From the NCBI RefSeq assembly GCF_037042905.1, contig NC_087263.1:15750001-15790492 (forward strand): a stretch of 40,492 nt of DNA. The letters are read 5' to 3'. The DNA is from Lytechinus pictus (taxonomy: Eukaryota). The position numbers and the translations under genes were made by a program. Within the stretch, counting starts at the first letter, position 1. Each line of letters opens with the position of its first letter. Positions 11,561 to 23,149 of the stretch are shown here, in pieces. The notes beneath the pieces are model-generated. The model was not told where the DNA came from. It was given only the letters and a program-made list of their open reading frames with translations, and ran no database searches.

Positions 11561-12145
11561 CTATAGCCTGGTACAATGTTGGGCAAAGTGACAAGCTTAT
11601 ACAGTTTTCAACATAACCCATATTGCCATTATTCAAACCTAACCTAATTACAATAAATAAATAGGCCCAGAAACTGAGAACACAGTTCCAGGTTATGTTT
11701 ATTCTGGTGCCATGCTGGGCAAAGTGGAGCAGCTTATACATGTAGTTTTCAACACAACCCATATGTTAAACCTAAACATAATTACAATAAAGTAGTAGGC
11801 CTAGGCCCAGAAACTGAGAACACCGTTCCAGGTTAGAGAGGGCTCTAAAGACAAGTATATTCTGGTGCAATGCTGGGCAATGTCAGCCAGCTTATAGTTT
11901 TCAACATAACCCATATGTCAAACCTAAACATCATTACAATAAATTATTAGGCCCAGAAAGTGAGAACACAGTTCCATGTTACAGACGGCTCCGAAGACAA
12001 GTAGGCCTATATTCTGGTGCCATGCTGGGCAAAGTGGATCAGCTTAGTATAATTTTCAACATAACCCAGACGTCAAACCTAAACATAATTAGAATAAATA
12101 GGCGTACAAATTGAGGACACAGTTCCAGGTTTGAGAGTGCTCTAA

Positions 12146-12623
12146 AGGTGGTTTCAGACCGCCTCGAAGTTCGCCAGTTCCAGGTATTCTCTGATCGGGA
12201 AATTTACCCCGATCAGAAAATACCAGGTATTTTGGCAGTGTGAAAGCAAACTATGCGTAATATCCCCGAAAGAAAATACCCGATAAATAGTAGGTACTTG
12301 GCGAAATTACGAGAACTTTCGCGGGGATTTTTCCAAGGTCGTGGGTATTTTGGCGGTCTGAAAGCAAATTACGGGAACTTTTAGCCCAGCATGTCGTTGG
12401 GTGCGGCGCCGTGCATGGGTTGCTGCTGGGCTAGTGATTTTGAATTTCGCGCCTTGCTGCTTATCAGACCATACTGCGCATGCTCGTAACTTCAGGAACT
12501 TATCCCGAAGGGTATGTTTCAGGGCGGTGTGAATGCAGGAATAATTAATGGGTATTTTTCAGCCTAAAAAAGTTATCGTAAATTAACGGGGATTCTTGTG
12601 ATCGAGGCGGTTTGAAACCACCT
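12146..12623. mobile_element. PIF/Harbinger-like MITE, complete
   Basis: TIR AGGTGGTTTCAGACCGCCTCGA / TCGAGGCGGTTTGAAACCACCT; TAA TSD at 12143-12145 and 12624-12626 in a CTC-TAA-GAG target. Confidence 0.9.
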
Positions 12624-13081
12624 TAAGAGTACAATATGTTGCTATCTGCTATGTTAGGTTAAGTAGACAAGCTTTAAGTATCCACACATTTTTTTTTTCT
12701 ATCCTAAACATGATTTCAAAATTAGAACATATTTAGGACATTGTTCCAAGTTGGAGGGTGCTGTACAATATACATGTAGCCTGTGTTGCTGCCATATCAG
12801 GTAAGCACCTCATTAAGTTTGTATTCATGTACAAACTATTGTGATTGTGTGAATTTTGTTATCCATAATAACTAAACCTTGGATGAACCTTCCACAAAGA
12901 ATCATGAATTCTTTTAATTTAAGTCACAAATGTGGGTAAAAGAAAGCAGCGAGCAAGCAAGAGGGTTTCTCGCAGGGATAGGAGAAGGGCCTGGGGAAGC
13001 TTTATTGTGGGGTGTGTTGAAATGTTGTAACTGCAGAATGGGAAAAACAAGCTCAAACACAGATCAATAATCAACATTTAA

Positions 13082-13361
13082 AGGCCCGGTCCCACTGCAC
13101 TTATGAATGCAGAGAGGATGTAAAACGGAAAAAATCTTGCCACCCATTGGAAAATGTTATGTACATGTATCTGTTGTATACTCTTTGCAATATGCGTGTT
13201 TCATACGCTCTATATCCACCGTGCATCAGTCCACTGTGATTTCATTGTTTGCCCATTTTGTCCATTGTCTTGAGCGGATGAAATCGGATGGAGCCACCCC
13301 GAAATTTTGCTTGTCTGTTGTATGAATATGTTTTGTGTGTGTCGGCCAGTGGACCAGGCCT
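13082..13361. mobile_element. PIF/Harbinger-like MITE
   Basis: TIR AGGCCCGGTCCCACTG / CAGTGGACCAGGCCT; TAA on both sides. Confidence 0.8.
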
Positions 13362-13424
13362 TAAGAAAATATAACTCACTTGAGACTACAGGAAAATAGA
13401 AAAACTTGAAGAAATAGGGAGTGG

Positions 13425-13800
13425 CTTGATTTATTTATTTATAGTTTCTTTACCACAATAAAACTATTTGCATAAAGATCAATCAGGAAAAAAACAAACA
13501 ATAGTGTGAGCTAATTGAAATGTGAGAATTTTATTCATAAATAGACAATAAGAACTATTGAAGATGAATAACATTTTGATGTGGAACAAAATAATCAGAT
13601 GTGAGAATGTAATGAAAGAGCACATTCAAATAGGAAAGGAATAACAAGTGAAGCAGGTTGAAAGTCAAATAGAAATGGATGCCAACATGAGCATCAAGAG
13701 TGTAACAAAGCGGAACTGAATACCAAAGCTGGGACTGAATAATTGAAGTGAATTTTAATTTATCTGAACAAAATGCAAACCCATTATTAAAACAAAACAA
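13425..13800 (-). mobile_element. Degenerate 3' end of a LINE (L2/Crack-like ORF2 C-terminus plus 3'UTR)
   Basis: Minus-strand peptide FCSDKLKFTSIIQSQLWYSVP resembles the ORF2 C-terminal pattern F.RT...KF....GP.LWNSLP; T-rich UTR and AATAAATAAATCAA tail follow. Confidence 0.45.
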
Positions 13801-13879
13801 GAGTCGACATTACCTTAACCTTTATCACTTACTTGATTCAGCCATGCGGAAGTAAATTCAGAAATCAATTTCAGTTAAC

Positions 13880-14006
13880 ATTACACGAAACTTAGCAATT
13901 GATCATGCAACTGATATTATCAATTGATTGCATTGAGGATTACATGCAATCCATCCTAAATATGAATGGTAAGATTGATAACTCTGCTTTGTGTAACCGG
14001 GACCCA
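13880..14006. mobile_element. Degenerate small MITE related to 14899-15026
   Basis: CTTAGCAATTGATC...TTGATTGCATTGA...CTTTGTGTAACCGGGACCC resembles the 14899 element. Confidence 0.55.
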
Positions 14007-14288
14007 GTTTGCCCTTTAAAACATTGATTAAAAGAATGATGTAAGGTCACTCATGACGTTACTTTACACATGTTATGCTCTATTTATTTGTCAGTTTGAT
14101 GAGCATTAGATTATTATCAAATGCAGCAGTTCAAGGCAACTCATGTGGCATGCGACAAGTTTAATCTTAGACTGTACATGTGGAATTGCATCAGGTGAAT
14201 TAAAGGGAGTTATTCTAAATAAAGGCAGCATTTCTGTTTCATTCTCTAGACATATAAAAATTTGTACTTTTGTGTAACTAGAGTATCA

Positions 14289-14579
14289 AGGGGAGGTTCA
14301 CCCTTTTAAAAACCTTGTAGAAATGGCAGAAACAAAATAATAAACAAAATATTGGTTTGATGAAAATCCATCAAAGATTTTAAAAGTTATTGGAATCTTA
14401 TTTTTTTAAATTTTGACGTCATATGCAAGCAGGTTCCCATGTATCATGAATTTAATAAATTAATGAAATTTTCTCAGAAAATTGAAGATTGGTTTTATTG
14501 AACCTTCAGTGTACCAACAGACAAATTATTTCACACCCTCTTTTTTACAGCAAACCTTTCTTCAGGGTGAACATCCCAT
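14289..14579. mobile_element. Short Kolobok-like MITE
   Basis: TIR AGGGGAGGTTCACCCT / AGGGTGAACATCCCAT; TCAA left, TTAA right. Confidence 0.75.
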
Positions 14580-14719
14580 TTAACTTAAAGAAACATTTTC
14601 TCTCTTCTCTTTTTGTTAAATGATGCATTTCAGATTGTAACAGATTGCAATTCATGTTATAAATATCGATTCTTTGAATTAATCTTTTACTTGTATATAT
14701 GATGACAAGCAGCAGAGGA

Positions 14720-14875
14720 AGATAAAGGATGAAGTGGGGGGGGGGGGGGTGGAGAAAGAGGAGAGGAGGTGAAAGAGAAAGAAAGAGAGAGGGAGAGAGG
14801 GAAAGTGGAGTGAGAGGAACAAGGAAAGGAGAAAAAGGAGGAGAAAGATTTAAAAAAAATAATGAGAAGAGGGGA
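14720..14875. repeat. Purine-rich GA low-complexity tract with poly-G
   Basis: Direct observation. Confidence 0.85.
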
Positions 14876-14898
14876 CAGCCCTAGCAACGGCAAAAAAG

Positions 14899-15026
14899 GG
14901 GCCCATAACACAAAGATTAGCAATGATCGTAGAACGTTTTTTACGATTGATTCCATTGACTACGATGTACAATTAATCGTGAAAATCAAGCGTACGATCA
15001 ATCACTAACCTTTGTGTTACAGGACC
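14899..15026. mobile_element. ~130-bp hairpin MITE
   Basis: About 33-bp imperfect TIR GGCCCATAACACAAAGATTAGCAATGATCGTA / TACGATCAATCACTAACCTTTGTGTTACAGGACC. Confidence 0.8.
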
Positions 15027-15555
15027 GTGGAGTTCTAGCTAGGCCTAATGCAGGATCGATACCACAAATGTTTGCTTCTTTTTCATCAAGTTATGCTGTT
15101 GTGAAATAATAATCACATCAGTCACTGCTATATTTTCTGTTTCAAATAAAATTGTTAAAAAATTGGATGTACCTAACCAACAAGATGATAAAAAGGAATG
15201 TATTTTTTTGTAGAGATGTCAGTCCTCATCCTGAAAGTTTGAACTTGAATGATGTCCTTCAGAGAATCTAGGTTAAGGGCTAACACCTTTGATGTGCATC
15301 AACATGGAGTGTAGTTATCAGAAATGAAGAAGAGGGTGAGCTTTTCCAGAATGTAGTCTCAAAAATAGAAAATTTGAAGAAAAAAAAATCTCTTCACCAT
15401 CAAAGTTGAAGTACGGTACATGTATATTCTGTTTCTGTTTATGGTAACTCCCGTAGGAACTCGACAGGACAGCATTTTGCTGATAAACGTCAAGCTGGTA
15501 TATATATCATAGACTATTCTTTTAGTTTGAACATCATAACATGAATGTCATTTAA

Positions 15556-16492
15556 GGACGTTCCACAGTTATATTTGTGCGCATTATGATCTGCGCATAG
15601 TTTACACTCTGCGCGCTGACGTCACAATGGATGAACAGGTGATTAATTAGCTGCGGGTATGAGCTGATATTTCTCATCTTCTGCACTTTAACTGCAGATC
15701 CGATGCGTTATTTCATGAAGCTAAAAAATTTAATTATTCCATGGACCATTCAAAAAAATATTCTCTACAATTTCAAAATACTTTACTCTGCAGTGCTGCC
15801 AAGAATCACGAATATTAGCCCGAGTTTGAATAAATGGTAGAGTGGTTTTGATTTTTTTCTTCACATAGATACTAAGCATTCGGCCCATTTTTGGTGTTTT
15901 AAAAAGCACATTTGCTCTAATAAAAATGCTGATAGTTTAAAAACAAGCACATGAACCCCTATTTTTTAATGTTTGTACCTCTTAGGTATACCTTTCTCTA
16001 CAACTCTGCAAATTTTGGTGAAAATGACATGGATTTTGAATAAAGTGCAGCATTTATTGTACGTTTGTAGTTTGTTACTGAAATTTTACATTTTTTAGAT
16101 TGGGATTTTGTTATCTTTTACGCCATTTTTAAGAACTGACAGTGCTGTTAAACCTAAAATTGCAAACAAATTGCACTATTAATAGATTCTCCATTCTAAC
16201 GATACAATTATTAACTCTCTTGCGAAATTTGATGACTTTTTCATGTATTTTGAATGAGTAATGGAGGTTTAAACTCATTGTAGTAATCTTGGGCGGTCTA
16301 AAAATGCCAAATTCTTTTGAATGCGCAATTCTTAAGAACATCAATTTGGGTGAACTTTGAAGCTCTATAGCAAAAAATCAAGCACATGGACCTATGTTAA
16401 TTTTTGCATATTTCGAATATTAAGGTTCTAAAGTATCTATGTGCAAAGTTTGGTGAAAATGACATGGATTTCACTTTAACTGTGGAACGTCC
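15556..16492. mobile_element. 937-bp non-autonomous Kolobok-like DNA transposon
   Basis: Perfect 16-bp TIR GGACGTTCCACAGTTA / TAACTGTGGAACGTCC; TTAA at 15552-15555 and 16493-16496; internal direct repeat TGCAAA.TTTGGTGAAAATGACATGGATTT at about 16007 and 16442. Confidence 0.92.
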
Positions 16493-16542
16493 TTAAAAGA
16501 CATTTTTTTTTGTAATAAAGATAATGTACATGTATACTATAG

Positions 16543-16710
16543 AATTGGCAATTTTTTGTCAGCTCCAGAACTTAGGAAGAAACTGCTGTTCTGGTACACC
16601 AGTTTTCGACAAAGACCTCTCAGCTATTCTTTGTCATTTGCTTGGCATTATTAATACATTTACTGTGTTCTGGAATCTGTTTACATTGCAGAGGAAAAAC
16701 TCCCTTATTT
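16543..16710. mobile_element. Second, more CpG-decayed copy of the 7135-7450 dispersed repeat
   Basis: Aligns by eye to 7250-7406. Confidence 0.75.
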
Positions 16711-18427
16711 CGTGGGTTGCCCTTCCCCTCCTTTCATCATTCATGCATTTCAATCACACCCACTTGAACTTGAGAATGCCAGTAAGTTATGAAAAGTATT
16801 ACAGGCTTTTTAGAGCATTCACACCTTCCTAGACCTGATAAATTTCTAGTAGTTATGAGCCATCAACAGGACTCACATCCCCCATGCCTCGTGTGATTGT
16901 GTTCTTGTACTTCACCTTTTCTCTGCGAAAATTACTGCTCTCTTGACAAAATCCTGCAAAATTTCCTTTCAAATGGAAAGCAGCGCTTACTCTTTATTTT
17001 GCATTTATTGTTTTCTTGGGGTATTATTACAAGTCTTTTCTTTTCACTCAGATGGCTAAATACCTGTCTATTTCTAATCGGGGTTGAAAATTCTCAATCA
17101 GAAAACACCAAGATATATCTGGTTTGGGAGGTGCAAACGCACTTCCCGTTACACAGATACTTTGGGATCTACGGGCCAAATGTAATTTGTGTGTTTCCAA
17201 TTCTTTTGATGCAAAACCAACCCCTCGGCTGGCTGGCTCTCTCGGCTTCTCCTACTCGGAGCAGGAAAAGTATGAAGACTCCAACATCTGTAATTTATGT
17301 ATCTGATGACAAATTACATTTTCATCTGTCTTCCTTGGCGCGAGAAACCTCCCGAGACTCCCCCTTTGAAATCGCTTGATGTTGTACTAGTATGTCCGGA
17401 TCACCGTGGGTTTCATGTCTAATTTCGTTCCAGCTTCTTCTTCAGGTTTTTTTGCGCTTTGCTGGAAGCGATTCCCAATTTTTTCATCAGATCCTGCCGA
17501 CGACTTTCTTTTTTTGACGACTACTCGCCAGCGTTCCTGAGGCTGTATGAACTGTACGTCAGTGTGTGCTTTGGCGTTGGGCCTATCCTTTGAAAGAAGT
17601 GCAGGAGAGGTGGCATGCATAAGGGTTCTCCAGGGTGATTAAAATGCAATCTACTTTGTGTAGAACGAAAGAAATTTATATAAAATTCCAAGTGGAGTCA
17701 TGCTGGATTGGGATCCAGTTCTAAATTTATATCTTTAATTTTATCTTCAAGATTTGAGTTTGTACAAGAAGATAAGGGCACACAACTAGTTATGTTACAA
17801 TAGAAAAACTACACTAAATCAAATTAAGTAATTAAACTCAAATTGGAAATACATGTAAGCATCAATTCCATTATCTAATACATCCATTGCGATTGAATAA
17901 CTACTTTAAATAAGAAAACATATTGACTGTTTATTTGAGCAAATTTGACATAGAATTGACTAAAATATAATCAAAATTGGGGCCCAGGAATTTTAAAAGT
18001 TACATTTATTTCCTGCCTAAAATGGTAATCTTTACTACCAAACATGGTGATAAAATCTCATTAATTAGTATTAAAGGAGTCTCAATAGTAATAGTATTGG
18101 ATCATCACACCAAGGGGTCAGTGCACTGCCAGGATATATTGGTGAGGCAAGATCACCTAAACTACATGTATGATGTCATATTTTTCTAAATTGGATTTTT
18201 ATAGGGGTAAACATGGCCCAACCCTCTCCATGTTATCCATAAATACTCTTCTTTATTCTGTATTTTTTCACTTATCAGATATCATCATAGAAGGAGGGGT
18301 AGGGTGGTTGCCCCTGCTTTCCGTGCCCCGGCCCCTAACCCCCCCCCCCCCACTCGTTGACACCATGCAAAAGATTTTACGCATGATCAGAGGAAGGTCA
18401 TTTGTACTAAAGTGACATGGTGGTTTA

Positions 18428-19511
18428 CAGTCAGACTGCAGGTCCCAAGAAAGTGGCTTCTTTCATCCAAGTGATATTCATGACTTGAGATGTTTTGCAT
18501 ATTTAATGAGCTTGATGCGGACCAAAACACCTCTTTTCATTCGGTCATTGCTGCTTTAATTGTGCATCGAATTTCATGAATTTGGTACCATTGTAAAGAA
18601 GAAGAATCATTCTTTCAGGTCATGTGTTTGGATTTATTCAAAGATTTTGTAATATAGGTTAAAATTTTGATCTAAAATATGCTACAAAATAAATATTTTC
18701 ACCTGACAAAAGCTGCTATTTTCACACTTTATTTTTGTTTGAGCCCAAATGATTTTTATATCATGATAAAGCTGAATATGTATGCTTTGAAATGATATAG
18801 GTTTCAAAATAAGAATTGGTTTAATCGGGTCAAGATCACACTTTTCATTTGCCAAGTACATACAGCAGCTTGAAAACAAGAATACTGCACTCTGATTGGT
18901 CAAAGAGACCGCACACTGGCAAATTCCAACGGTTCCAGTGCCTGGGTTCGTGGGAAGGTCACACTTCCCATGTGGTAATCTCCTCAAATACCCCGCGCCT
19001 GTTGTTCTGTGAATCTTATCCAGCCAATCAGAACTCTGGATTTCATGCAAGTACAAAATTTCAGAAATCTCGTCTTGTACCTTGGTGGGAAAAGTGTGAT
19101 CTTGACCCGATTAAAAGGTGCTGCATATCAAGAGTGGTATTGTGAGAAAGTACAGAAGTTCAGCTTTATGTTGATATAAATATCATTGAGGCTCAAAATA
19201 AAAAGTTTTGCACAATTTGCAAAAGAAAACAGAGGAAGAAAATTCAGTTTTGAGGCACATTTTCAGGCCAGAAATTTACTTATTTAACAAAATATTGTAT
19301 ACAAAATAAATGACCAATATGAAAGAGTAACTTTTACTCTATCTGATGGTGCAATAATATTTCATTTAACTTGAGGTTAAAACAGGTAAATTCTTAGAGA
19401 AAGAAAATCTCACGAATCACGAGATTTTGCAAGGAGGAGGATTCAGCCACGAGATGATTTGGATGAATCTGGCCTTTTTGCTCATTAGCATAGGGACCTG
19501 CGGTCTGACTG
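18428..19511. mobile_element. Non-autonomous DNA transposon, 19-bp TIR, 4-bp TSD (superfamily uncertain, possibly Academ-like)
   Basis: CAGTCAGACTGCAGGTCCC / GGGACCTGCGGTCTGACTG (one mismatch); TTTA at 18424-18427 and 19512-19515. Confidence 0.85.
18820..19115. mobile_element. Nested element bounded by a perfect 27-bp inverted repeat
   Basis: TTTAATCGGGTCAAGATCACACTTTTC (18820-18846) / GAAAAGTGTGATCTTGACCCGATTAAA (19089-19115). Confidence 0.75.
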
Positions 19512-21172
19512 TTTAAAATCTAATGAGATAAGCACCAACTTTGATGTCTTGATTATTCATATATTCTTTTGAATTGTGGTTTTCATTTACATCCACAAAA
19601 AACAACAATGCGTCCACGAACGACTGGTATTTCACAGTTTGCCAAGTATATTGTGCAACATGCTATGATATGCATTCAAAGTAGGAATGCAACAAATACC
19701 TTCATAAAGTGTTCATTGGTGTGCTATTCAAGTCACCTGGTCTATTCAATTTCTTCATCCTGCTATGTAAGGCAAGCTTACGTAATATCTTGCTTTGAAA
19801 TCTGCCATAATGAAAGAAATGAAAGGTCATTTGACCAAAATTGTCCAGAAGTAACTAGGTCTATTATGATTGGAAGTATTTGAACTTGATTGAACCAAGT
19901 AAAATTTGGCAATGTATGAGAATGATTACAACATGCAGATAACAGATATGTGTCTGTTTTATTCGGACAGGAAGTGAGTGCTTTTGTTTTGGTGTGTCAC
20001 TCCCTGCGCAGACTGTTTGAAGGTAAACAAACTGATCTTTTTTCTGCAGTAAGATAAAATCAAAGAAATATTTGGAGAAAATAAAGATACTGGACAATTC
20101 CATTAATTTGTATGAGTTAATAGATTTTGTTTCAATTGAGGACCTATTGGTGAGTTACTGTACATTGTACTCAAGATCAGGGCAATTTCTAAAATCATCC
20201 CCCCCCCCCATCCGGCAGCTCACACAGGTCTGGGCAAGTCGCAAGTCGATGCCATACTGTAAAACGCTGACTCTAGGAAAAGTTTTTTGTATTTTTGTTT
20301 TTTGTTAAGATTCGGATCAAATTACAATATTTCTAGTTCAATGGGATTAAAGAAATCACAAATCCCATTTACACAGTTAAAAAAAATCATACCCCTTTCA
20401 TCTTCGCATACCACTTGCTCAGAACTCTGTTTATTCACTAGAGATGTCCCTTCCTGTTGTAGAAGAAAAAATGGGTAGAAATTATTCCACATTCTGATGG
20501 GTTTTGCTGTTTGTAAAGGTCACCCCATTCTGACTTTGAGAATGACTGGAACATGTTCTTAGGTGGAAAGTCAACTTCTTAGAGATATATTATTTAGCAC
20601 AAGGAAGGATCACCAGTCGTGCATAGCCATTTGTAACTTACAAAGTGCTTTATGAAACACCATTCCTGCTTTTCCCGATCTAAATTTTGATTGGGGACGA
20701 GGGAGGGAACTTCACCAAAGTGCAGTGATGACATCACTACTTCATGTGCATATCAGTCCGCAATGTGGATGAGCAATTGTAAAATCCCTAATGTAGCGTG
20801 AACTAGTCGGTAGCAAGTCTTTCCCTTCACGGCAATGGGAAACAGGTGCACTTTGCAACATGTGAGAGGAAATGATGATGACACCCAGAAATTTATCTGG
20901 CATCCCAGTAATTAATGCATAGATATGCGAGGACCTACCTATATGTCTATGGGATGATACATGTAAGTATGAATGCATGGTAAATAAACACATCAGTCAG
21001 GGGTATGCTTGGTCTCTGGAAATCACTTAGTCCTTTAGAAAGGTTGTCAGAGTTGTTGTCGCTGGTTAGAGTTAATTTTACAGTTTTCTGTAGTAGTAGG
21101 CTTTCGTTATTCTCATTTTGCCATGACTTAATCTTTCCTGACTTGTTGTTACTTGTTTCACTTTCTTTTCAG

Positions 21173-21235
21173 ATAAAAGGTGCATATATGCATTCATTTC
21201 AAGGCTACACTTGAGAATTTGTAGCTTCATTATGG
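21173..21235 (+). other. Candidate 63-nt internal exon that may carry the start codon at its 3' end
   Basis: Long polypyrimidine tract ending CTTTCTTTTCAG (21161-21172), branch-like CTGAC at about 21138, donor ATGG|GTAAGA at 21236; ATG 21232-21234 has A at -3 and G at +4. Confidence 0.45.
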
Positions 21236-21314
21236 GTAAGAAATTGGGGTAAATTAAAGCAAATCAGGAATGATGCTGACGCCATCCAGGGTGACTGTGG
21301 CATACTGCCTTTAA

Positions 21315-23149
21315 AGGGATACTCCGGGCTGAAGATATTTATATCTAAATAAATAGAGTAAAATTCACAGATCAAAATGCTGAAAATTTCATCAAAATCG
21401 GATAACAAATAATGAAGTTGTTGAATTTTGAAGATTTGCATTGTTCCGGTGAAACAGTTCTAGGCATGTCTTCATGAATATTCATTAGGTTGGCTGATGA
21501 TGTCACATCCCTACTTTCAATCATAATTGTTTCTTTTTTCATAAATGTGTAAATGATGCGTCTCCATTATGAAATAAGTTGCAGCACTTAATCAGTTGTC
21601 ATTGCACTTAATCAAGGCCTCTACAAAAAAAAATTTTGTCAAAAAATTTGCTTGCCCGATAGAAAAAACTGCTTGCCCAATTTGTTTTATAATATTTTTT
21701 ATTATGACGGCACTATTTATTTTTGAAGGTCATACAAAATAACAATTGAGAATCATGTACAGTATAAAAGAACACACATTTAAGTTTATTTCAGCAACAT
21801 AGGCCTATAAAGTCATAACGTTTATTTTGATTTTTTTTTCGCTATTTATAAATGGGCGTTTTTTAAGGTTAAAAAAAAAACCTTCACCAAAAGTTGCTAA
21901 AATTTAATGTTTGGCATCTTTAAATCCACGAAATGGTTATCTGTTTGCCATATTTCCTTAGAATTGTTTTGATTTAGTTGACAACTATAAAGAAAGCCAG
22001 TGAAAAATATTCAGCTCTTTTATTGACTCTGAAAAAGATTGGTTTATTATGTGTAAAAAAAATATAAAAAAATCATCAAAAGTGGAGTGGCTAAAATTTC
22101 ACATTTTGCATCTTTAAATCCATGAAAAGGTCATTTATTTTCCATATTTCCTTGATTTTTATTTTAAATTAGTTGGAAACTATCAAGAAAATTAAGAATA
22201 TTCACCTCTCTCTTGTCTTGTCTTCATCATTTTATGATGTTACACTCGGTCAATATTTGTTATTGTAGTCCCGAAGGTAGACTTTCATGGGGTTTTTTTC
22301 ATGGTGAAAACTATCGTTGATCATTTTGATTGTTTTACACTTGGTCAACATCATGAAAGTCTACATGTGGGACCACAATAATAAAAAAACATTTACCGAG
22401 GCCGAAACATCATCATAAATCAGAGTCAAGAAAGAGAGTCGAGAAAGAGCTGAATATTCTTCATTTTTTCGGTAGTTTTCAACTAAATCAAAACAATTTC
22501 AAGGTAATATGGAAAATAGATGGCCATTTCATGGATTTTTGCAAAATGTGAAATTTTAGCCACTTTTGGTGTTTTGTTTTGTTTTTTTTTGCATCGGCAA
22601 ATTGCGCAAGATAGTAGCGCATGCGCAGTCATTGCACACATAGAACGTAAGATGCGATGGCACGGTTTTTCGAACGAGGTACCTGGCGATAAATTATTGG
22701 TAACTGGCGCTGATTTTACATCAGTTTCCACTGTTGTTTGACATAATATGAGAGATAGTTGTGATTATCCAAAAGATATTGAAATTTAGAGGGTGTACTG
22801 ATATGCTTATTATTTTATTTCCAAAACAACCACTTGCCCGATTGGGCAATTGACTTTGAGAAATGCTTGCCCGCACGTCATTTTCACTTGCCCTGGGCAA
22901 GCGGGGTTGTCGCGCCCTGCTAAATCAGTTGTCAAATCAGTTGTATTAGTTCTTGGTAGAAAAACCTAATTTCATATAATAAAATACAAAAGAACAAGTG
23001 GGGATATGACATCATCAGCACACCTAATGAATATTCAAATGAATAATGCAAATCTTAAAAATCTGATTTTGATCAAATTTTCAGCATTTTGCTCTGTGAA
23101 TTTTACTCTATTTATTGAGGTATAAATATCTTCAGCCTGGAGCATCCCT
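21315..23149. mobile_element. Kolobok-like MITE (about 530 bp) split by a 1.3-kb nested element
   Basis: TIR AGGGATACTCCGGGCTGAAGATATTTAT / ATAAATATCTTCAGCCTGGAGCATCCCT with long imperfect extension; TTAA at 21311-21314 and 23150-23153. Confidence 0.92.
21613..22919. mobile_element. Nested hAT-like non-autonomous element with subterminal CTTGCCC repeats
   Basis: Ends CAAGGCCTCTAC / GTCGCGCCCTG (imperfect); CTTGCCC at about 21650, 21673, 22833, 22866 and 22887; flanks CTTAAT / CTAAAT; host MITE sequence resumes at 22920. Confidence 0.7.

Larger units (their letters stand above)
10715..12800. repeat. Degenerate ~135-160 bp tandem repeat (about 6 copies) split by two transposon insertions
   Basis: TGGGCAA...GTTTTCAACA.AACCCATATGTCAAACCTAAACAT...GAGAACACAGTTCCAGGTT recurs near 10722, 11580, 11716, 11875 and 12026, and degenerately at 12655. 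Confidence 0.9.

Noticed and set aside
15456..15497. Possible small exon after CCCGTAG; similar candidates at about 19971-20022 and 35548-35574
   Set aside because: Donors are weak (GTATAT, GTAAAC, GTTAAT) and there is no coding support
15556..16492. piggyBac classification for the TTAA-flanked elements
   Set aside because: Termini are GG/AG...CC/CT rather than the CC...GG typical of piggyBac
16600..16625. Hammerhead-like CTGAGAG...CGAAA on the minus strand
   Set aside because: The core does not match CUGANGA with a proper stem II, and the paralogous copy at about 7305-7325 reads CTGGGAG
16897..17379. 160-aa ORF as a gene or retroelement protein
   Set aside because: Non-ATG start, no recognisable motif in any frame I translated, no splice signals
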